Shown here one piece after another: positions 59,012 to 64,000 of a stretch of 64,000 nucleotides of DNA. The DNA lies in NCBI GenBank assembly GCA_023417815.1, contig JAEZEI010000006.1, forward strand, positions 7,352 through 71,351, in the 5' to 3' direction. The number at the start of each line of letters is the position of its first letter. Position 1 is the stretch's first letter. The notes under the pieces are model-generated. The model saw only the letters and a list, made by a program, of their open reading frames with translations. It did not search any database and was not told the origin of the DNA. A program made the position numbers and the translations under genes. This DNA comes from Bacteroidota bacterium. Its GTDB lineage: Bacteria; Bacteroidota; Bacteroidia; Chitinophagales; Chitinophagaceae.

Positions 59012-62000
59012 ATGGTTAAAAAATTTACCCGTACAACTTTTGGATGGTTGGCAACGGTGTTAACGATCGTGCTCCTGGCATTATCGTTACAGCGTGCCCA
59101 TTCACAGGTCTTATTCTCGGAAGGATTTGATGTTGTTGTGCCACTGCCTGCAGGCTGGGCACAGCAAAACCTAAGTGCTCCTGTTGGTCTTACCAACTGG
59201 TTCCAGGGTAATAACACTGTCTTTCCAGCGCAGAATGGAGCCACCACCGCCTATATTGGAGCCAACTTCAATAATGTAGGCGCTGCCGGAACCATTATCA
59301 GCAACTGGCTGTTCACACCTTCGGTAACACTTAAGGATGGTGATATCTTCACCTTCTATACCAGGAGCGTTACCGGTTCCACTTTCCCGGACAGGCTCCA
59401 GGTTAGAATGAGCACCAATGGAACGAGTACCAATGCCGGTGCCACTTCCACTTCGGTAGGTGATTTCACAACCCTGTTGCTTGATATTAACCCAACCTAT
59501 ACTGTAGGTGGTTACCCACAGGTATGGACCCAATATTCCGTTACCGTGACCGGGCTGGGTGGTGTACCAACACCAGGCCGCCTTGCCTTCAGGTATTTTG
59601 TGGAAGATGGCGGCCCAAATGGTAACAATTCAGATTATATCGGGATCGACAATGTGGTTTACACCACTTTTGGAGCGTCCTGCACAGGAACGCCTAACCC
59701 GGGAAATACCATTTCTTCAGCAGCAACTGTTTGCCCGGGTGCAGCATTCACACTTTCCCTTCAGAATAACCCTTCTGTTTCAGGACTCACTTACCAGTGG
59801 CAAAGTTCACCTGATGGAACAACCTGGACCAACATAGCAGGTGCAACCGGCTCAACTTTGATCACTCAACAGAATGCAGCAACATACTACCAGGCCATAG
59901 TAACCTGCGGTGCAGCATCCAACAACTCAACCCCATTACAGGTTCCAATGAGCCCGGCTACATCATGTTATTGTGATGCCGGTGCAACAAGTACCGGTTT
60001 TGAGAAGATCTCGAACGTTACACTTAATACGATCAATAACAATTCATCTTCCACTGCGGGTTATGAGAATTTCACAGCTATCAGCACGTCGCTGGAACCA
60101 GGTTTACCTTACCCGGTTTCCGTGAGTATCTCAAATCCGTTCGCTCCTGACCAGGTTATCATCTGGATCGACTATAACCAGAACGGAAGCTTTACTGATG
60201 CAGGAGAACAGGTTTATACAAGCGCATTGGGTGTTGGGCCACACAGCGGTACCATTACCGTTCCTTTCACAGCCCTTAGCGGTTCAACCAGAATGAGGGT
60301 GCGCATGCATGATTCGAGCCTTGGCGCAAACTCAACTTCTTGCGGTAACTCAACTTACGGACAGGTTGAAGATTATACAGTGAACATACTGCCTGTTGTA
60401 CCATGTTCCGGTACACCGAATCCGGGCAATACGCTTTCAACTGTTGCCAGCGTTTGCTCAGGCACCAACTTCACCCTTTCATTGCAAAATTTCACCAGTG
60501 GTTCTGGTGTAACGTACCAGTGGCAATCTTCTCCGGATGGAACAACCTGGACAGACATTGCAGGCGCTACAAATGTTACTTATACAACTTCCCTTAGCGC
60601 TACCACGTTCTACCAGGCAATCGTTACCTGCGGTGCAAACTCCGGAACTTCAGTTCCGGTACAGGTAGCTCTTAATCCGCCGATCAATTGCTACTGTACC
60701 CCAGGAACAACAGATTGCGACCTGGATGATGTTATCCTTAACGTAACGCTGAACACCCTGAACAACTCTTCCGGATGTTCACCTACCAATGGGTACACTA
60801 ACTATGCTCCTACGGTTGCGCCGACTGATGTTATCCGCGGCGCCACAATGCCGATGTCTGTAACCGTAGGTGGTGGCGGAACAGAATATGTTGCAGTATG
60901 GATCGATTACAACCAGAATGGTGTGTTCGAAGCAAGTGAATTCACTGCGCTGGGAAGTGCGAACAATGCAATAGTGAACGGAAATATAATCATTCCAGCG
61001 ACTGCAAACCTTGGTCTTACCGGTATGCGAGTAAGGGTGCGATGGAACACTGCGCTCACAGGTGGCCAGGCATGTCTAGCATATACTTTTGGCGAAACAG
61101 AAGATTACCTGGTGAATATTATTCCTTGCGTTCAGGGTGTGATCAATACGCAGCCAGTGAACAGTTCCATTGCTTGTGGAGGTACAACTTCGTTTAGCGT
61201 TACGGCTACTGGTTCTCTCTTAACCTACCAGTGGGAATATCGTACCAGTGCTTCCTCACCTTGGCAGCTTGTATCTAACGGCGGGGCATATAGCGGAGCT
61301 ACTACAGCAACCTTGACTGTATCTCCTACTATTGACATGTCGGGCTACCAGTTCAGAGCGCTCATTTCTGGAGCTTGTACCGCTCCCGATGTTAGCAATG
61401 CAGTGACACTAACAGTTACTCCTTATATCGCTAACGTAAACCCTGCTTCTGCTACGATTTGTTTAAATGATATTCAGCAATTAAGCATTACAAATACCTT
61501 AGGTAATTTAATTACATTATCTGAAGGATTTGATGTTGTATCACCTCTTCCAGCAGGGTGGGTTGCTCAAAATAACAGTCAGCCTCTCGGACCAACCGGT
61601 TGGTTCCAGGGTCAGGCTGCTACTTTCCCTGCTTTCTCTGGTCCTGCAGACTCATACATAGCTGCGAACTACCAGAATACGGATCCTGTAGGTATAGGAA
61701 CTATTAGCAATTGGCTTATATCCCCCGTTCAAAATATAAAGAATGGTGATATCGTAACTTTCTATTCAAGGATCCCTCCTGGAACTGAGTGGGCAGATAG
61801 ACTTGAATTAAGATTGAGTACTGCTGGTTCAAGTACAAACGTGGGTTCTACTGAAACTTCAGTAGGAGATTTCACAACCCTGCTTCTTTCAATTAATCCA
61901 TCCCTTTCACTAAATGTATATCCCAAAGTATGGACGCAGTTTACTGCTACCGTTTCCGGATTAGCTGCTCCAACCTCAGGCAGGATAGCTTTCAGATATT

Positions 62001-63088
62001 TTGTTACTTCTGCCGGAGGTAATGGTACTAACTCCAACTTCATCGGTATTGACGATGTAAGGTATATATCAACCGGTGCTTTGGCGAGTGGAGTATGGGA
62101 TGGTCCTACAGGTACAATCTTTACAGATGTTACTGCTACGACACCTTACATTTCGGGAACTCCTGCAAATTCTGTTTATGTACAACCAACAACTGCAGGA
62201 CTTAATAATTATACAGTGGTGGTTACAACTGCGTCGTGTGTCTCAAACGTCACCACAATTCCTGTTTCAGCAAACACTCCAGTAAGCAATCTTGCGGATC
62301 CGGAGGTTGTTTCCACTTGTATAGGTAATAATGCTCAATTCACTACTACTGCCGAAGGCACAGGTGTTACTTATCAATGGCAGGTAAGTGAGGATGGAGG
62401 GGCTACCTGGACTAATGTTATAAATGGTGTGGTTTATGAAGGTGCAACATCCAACACACTTGATATTATAGGTGCGGGTAATGACCTGAATGGCAATCTT
62501 TACAGGGTAGTTGCATCGGTGGCTTCGTGCGGATCTGTTGCCACATCGGCGGCGGCAGCCTTCACCGTGAATCCTAATCCAACCATCACGATCACATCCA
62601 GTCAGCCTAACCTGGTTCCAGGTGAATTCGCTACACTTACCGCGAATGTTTCACCGAATGCAGGCGCTGATTATACCTGGACGCTCAACGGCCTTTCATT
62701 CACCGGCGGCAACCAGCAACAGGTAGTTGCTGATATTGATATGCTTGGTAATTATGAAGTAACCGTTCAGGACGTGAATGGCTGCGTTGGAACATCATCA
62801 GTATTCAACCTGGCTCCGAGGGCTACCGAAATGGCCTTCATCTATCCAAGCCCGAATACCGGTCACTTCCAGGTGAGGTTCTACAGCGCACCAGGAAACG
62901 TGCTTCCAAGGATGCTTAATATCTTCGACAGCAAGGGCGCCAGGGTTTACTCTGCGGCCTATCCTATCGGAGCGCCATACATGCGTATGGATGTAGATCT
63001 TACAAAACATGGAAAAGGTGTATATATGGTTGAACTTGCAGACCGCAACGGAAACCGTATAAAAGCAGGAAGGGTCGTTATCCTGTAA
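59012..63088 (+). CDS. T9SS surface protein C, paralog with a choice-of-anchor J tip and duplicated Ig-GEVED module
   Basis: Start trimmed to MVKKF; two SEGFD...IGID domains, GQVEDY and GETEDY modules, same CTD. Confidence 0.88.
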   Translation: MVKKFTRTTFGWLATVLTIVLLALSLQRAHSQVLFSEGFDVVVPLPAGWAQQNLSAPVGLTNWFQGNNTVFPAQNGATTAYIGANFNNVGAAGTIISNWLFTPSVTLKDGDIFTFYTRSVTGSTFPDRLQVRMSTNGTSTNAGATSTSVGDFTTLLLDINPTYTVGGYPQVWTQYSVTVTGLGGVPTPGRLAFRYFVEDGGPNGNNSDYIGIDNVVYTTFGASCTGTPNPGNTISSAATVCPGAAFTLSLQNNPSVSGLTYQWQSSPDGTTWTNIAGATGSTLITQQNAATYYQAIVTCGAASNNSTPLQVPMSPATSCYCDAGATSTGFEKISNVTLNTINNNSSSTAGYENFTAISTSLEPGLPYPVSVSISNPFAPDQVIIWIDYNQNGSFTDAGEQVYTSALGVGPHSGTITVPFTALSGSTRMRVRMHDSSLGANSTSCGNSTYGQVEDYTVNILPVVPCSGTPNPGNTLSTVASVCSGTNFTLSLQNFTSGSGVTYQWQSSPDGTTWTDIAGATNVTYTTSLSATTFYQAIVTCGANSGTSVPVQVALNPPINCYCTPGTTDCDLDDVILNVTLNTLNNSSGCSPTNGYTNYAPTVAPTDVIRGATMPMSVTVGGGGTEYVAVWIDYNQNGVFEASEFTALGSANNAIVNGNIIIPATANLGLTGMRVRVRWNTALTGGQACLAYTFGETEDYLVNIIPCVQGVINTQPVNSSIACGGTTSFSVTATGSLLTYQWEYRTSASSPWQLVSNGGAYSGATTATLTVSPTIDMSGYQFRALISGACTAPDVSNAVTLTVTPYIANVNPASATICLNDIQQLSITNTLGNLITLSEGFDVVSPLPAGWVAQNNSQPLGPTGWFQGQAATFPAFSGPADSYIAANYQNTDPVGIGTISNWLISPVQNIKNGDIVTFYSRIPPGTEWADRLELRLSTAGSSTNVGSTETSVGDFTTLLLSINPSLSLNVYPKVWTQFTATVSGLAAPTSGRIAFRYFVTSAGGNGTNSNFIGIDDVRYISTGALASGVWDGPTGTIFTDVTATTPYISGTPANSVYVQPTTAGLNNYTVVVTTASCVSNVTTIPVSANTPVSNLADPEVVSTCIGNNAQFTTTAEGTGVTYQWQVSEDGGATWTNVINGVVYEGATSNTLDIIGAGNDLNGNLYRVVASVASCGSVATSAAAAFTVNPNPTITITSSQPNLVPGEFATLTANVSPNAGADYTWTLNGLSFTGGNQQQVVADIDMLGNYEVTVQDVNGCVGTSSVFNLAPRATEMAFIYPSPNTGHFQVRFYSAPGNVLPRMLNIFDSKGARVYSAAYPIGAPYMRMDVDLTKHGKGVYMVELADRNGNRIKAGRVVIL

Positions 63089-63109
63089 CCTAACTTCCTG
63101 ATAATTAAC

Positions 63110-63145
63110 GAAGAGGCTACCGAACTGGTGGCCTCTTCTTATTTT
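63110..63145 (+). terminator. Intrinsic terminator
   Basis: GAAGAGGCTACC-GAACT-GGTGGCCTCTTC-TTATTTT. Confidence 0.75.
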
Positions 63146-63150
63146 AAACA

Positions 63151-63231
63151 AACCTCCAACCTCAAACTTCCAACCTCAAACCTCCAACCTCAAACCTCCA
63201 ACCTCCAACCTCCAACTTCCAACTTCCAACC
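63151..63231. repeat. Heptamer tandem repeat (AACYTCM) x11 plus a partial unit
   Basis: Units read directly: AACCTCC, AACCTCA and AACTTCC variants. Confidence 0.95.
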
Positions 63232-63239
63232 ATTTTCCG

Positions 63240-63272
63240 TACTTTTGCAACCCCGTTTAAAACCGCGGGGTT
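63240..63272 (+). promoter_or_regulatory. Putative rpsA -7 element and adjacent hairpin
   Basis: TACTTTTG at 63240-63247; AACCCCG...CGGGGTT stem at 63249-63272, ending 5 nt before the ATG. Confidence 0.65.
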
Positions 63273-63277
63273 ATTTT

Positions 63278-64000
63278 ATGTCTTTTAATATTTTTAAACA
63301 ATTAAACGCAGACCAACAGGAGCCGACAGCCTCGAGCGCTGAAGAAGCTACTGCGACACCAAATGAGCCTGTTCAGCAAGTGGCGGCAGAAACCGCTCAC
63401 GATGATTTTGACTGGAGCCGCGACAAGAGAAATGTTGCAGCCTATTCAAAAGAAGAAAAAGAAAAGTACGACAAAGTTTACGACAGTACTTTCAAACAGA
63501 TCAACGATGGCGAAATGATCATGGCTACCGTTGAATCACTTACCAAAACCGACGCTGTAGTTAACATCGGCTTTAAAAGCGACGGCCTTATTTCCCTGAA
63601 CGAATTCCGTGATCTTCCCGGTGGCGTTAAAGTGGGCGATGTGGTTGAAGTAATGGTTGTGGAAAAAGAAGACCGCGAAGGAAATCTTAACCTTAGCCGC
63701 AAGCAGGCAAGGATCACCCGTGCATGGGAAAGGATCGTTGAGGTTAACAAAACAGGCGAGATCGTTACCGGTACTGTTACCAGCAAAACCAAAGGTGGCC
63801 TTATCGTTGATGTATTCGGAATGGAAACCTTCCTTCCGGGTTCACAGATCGACGTTAAGCCGGTTACAGACTACGACCAGTTCGTGGGTAAGACCATGGA
63901 ATTTAAAGTGGTTAAGATCAATGAAGCGATCAAGAACGCAGTTGTTTCTCATAAAGCCCTTATTGAAAGCGATATCGAAGCTCAGCGTGCTGAGATCATC
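63278..64000 (+). CDS. rpsA: 30S ribosomal protein S1, 5' partial
   Basis: Not in ORF track (no stop in window). MSFNIFKQ...DDFDW...VNIGFKSDG...LSRK.AR...AWE...KGGLIVD.FG...FLPGSQID. Confidence 0.96.
   Translation, partial: MSFNIFKQLNADQQEPTASSAEEATATPNEPVQQVAAETAHDDFDWSRDKRNVAAYSKEEKEKYDKVYDSTFKQINDGEMIMATVESLTKTDAVVNIGFKSDGLISLNEFRDLPGGVKVGDVVEVMVVEKEDREGNLNLSRKQARITRAWERIVEVNKTGEIVTGTVTSKTKGGLIVDVFGMETFLPGSQIDVKPVTDYDQFVGKTMEFKVVKINEAIKNAVVSHKALIESDIEAQRAEII

Noticed and set aside
53947..62043. Recurrent antisense ORFs (53947-54171, 57490-57771, 61762-62043) as a hidden gene family
   Set aside because: They are shadows of the conserved sense-strand domain in the three paralogs.
51752..63088. 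Paralog similarity as a diversity-generating retroelement or invertible shufflon
   Set aside because: No reverse transcriptase or recombinase; differences are mostly synonymous and not adenine-specific; all genes are intact, in the same orientation, with their own terminators.
63478..63792. 104-aa minus-strand ORF
   Set aside because: Antisense shadow of rpsA.

Overview
Chromosomal window from a Bacteroidota bacterium, most consistent with Chitinophagaceae: TAnnTTTG promoters, T9SS cargo proteins and a eukaryote-type citrate synthase. Left to right it holds envelope and housekeeping genes (OmpA, rlpA, lpxB, a nucleoside deaminase, a DMT transporter, LOG, dodecin), a metal/redox cluster around tRNA-Ala(GGC), citrate synthase, and the S10-spc ribosomal protein cluster (rpsJ to secY, then map). 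That cluster lacks both the str operon upstream and infA/alpha operon downstream. Next come guaA, a wHTH-regulator locus, pirin, a 1500-aa T9SS reprolysin, the exonuclease-ligase-Lhr helicase-PdeM repair locus, proline dehydrogenase, three tandem paralogous T9SS surface proteins and the start of rpsA. I found no transposase, integrase, CRISPR array or reverse transcriptase. The most notable unexplained features are: (i) the T9SS trio with a shared stalk and swapped N-terminal tips; (ii) the rpsJ upstream region, with four phased heptads and a 130-bp duplicated unit; (iii) recurrent hairpins and one shared motif in r-protein spacers; (iv) a candidate sRNA upstream of lpxB; (v) inferred operator motifs; (vi) an 11-unit heptamer repeat abutting the rpsA promoter. 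All family assignments come from motif recognition by eye; no database searches were run.
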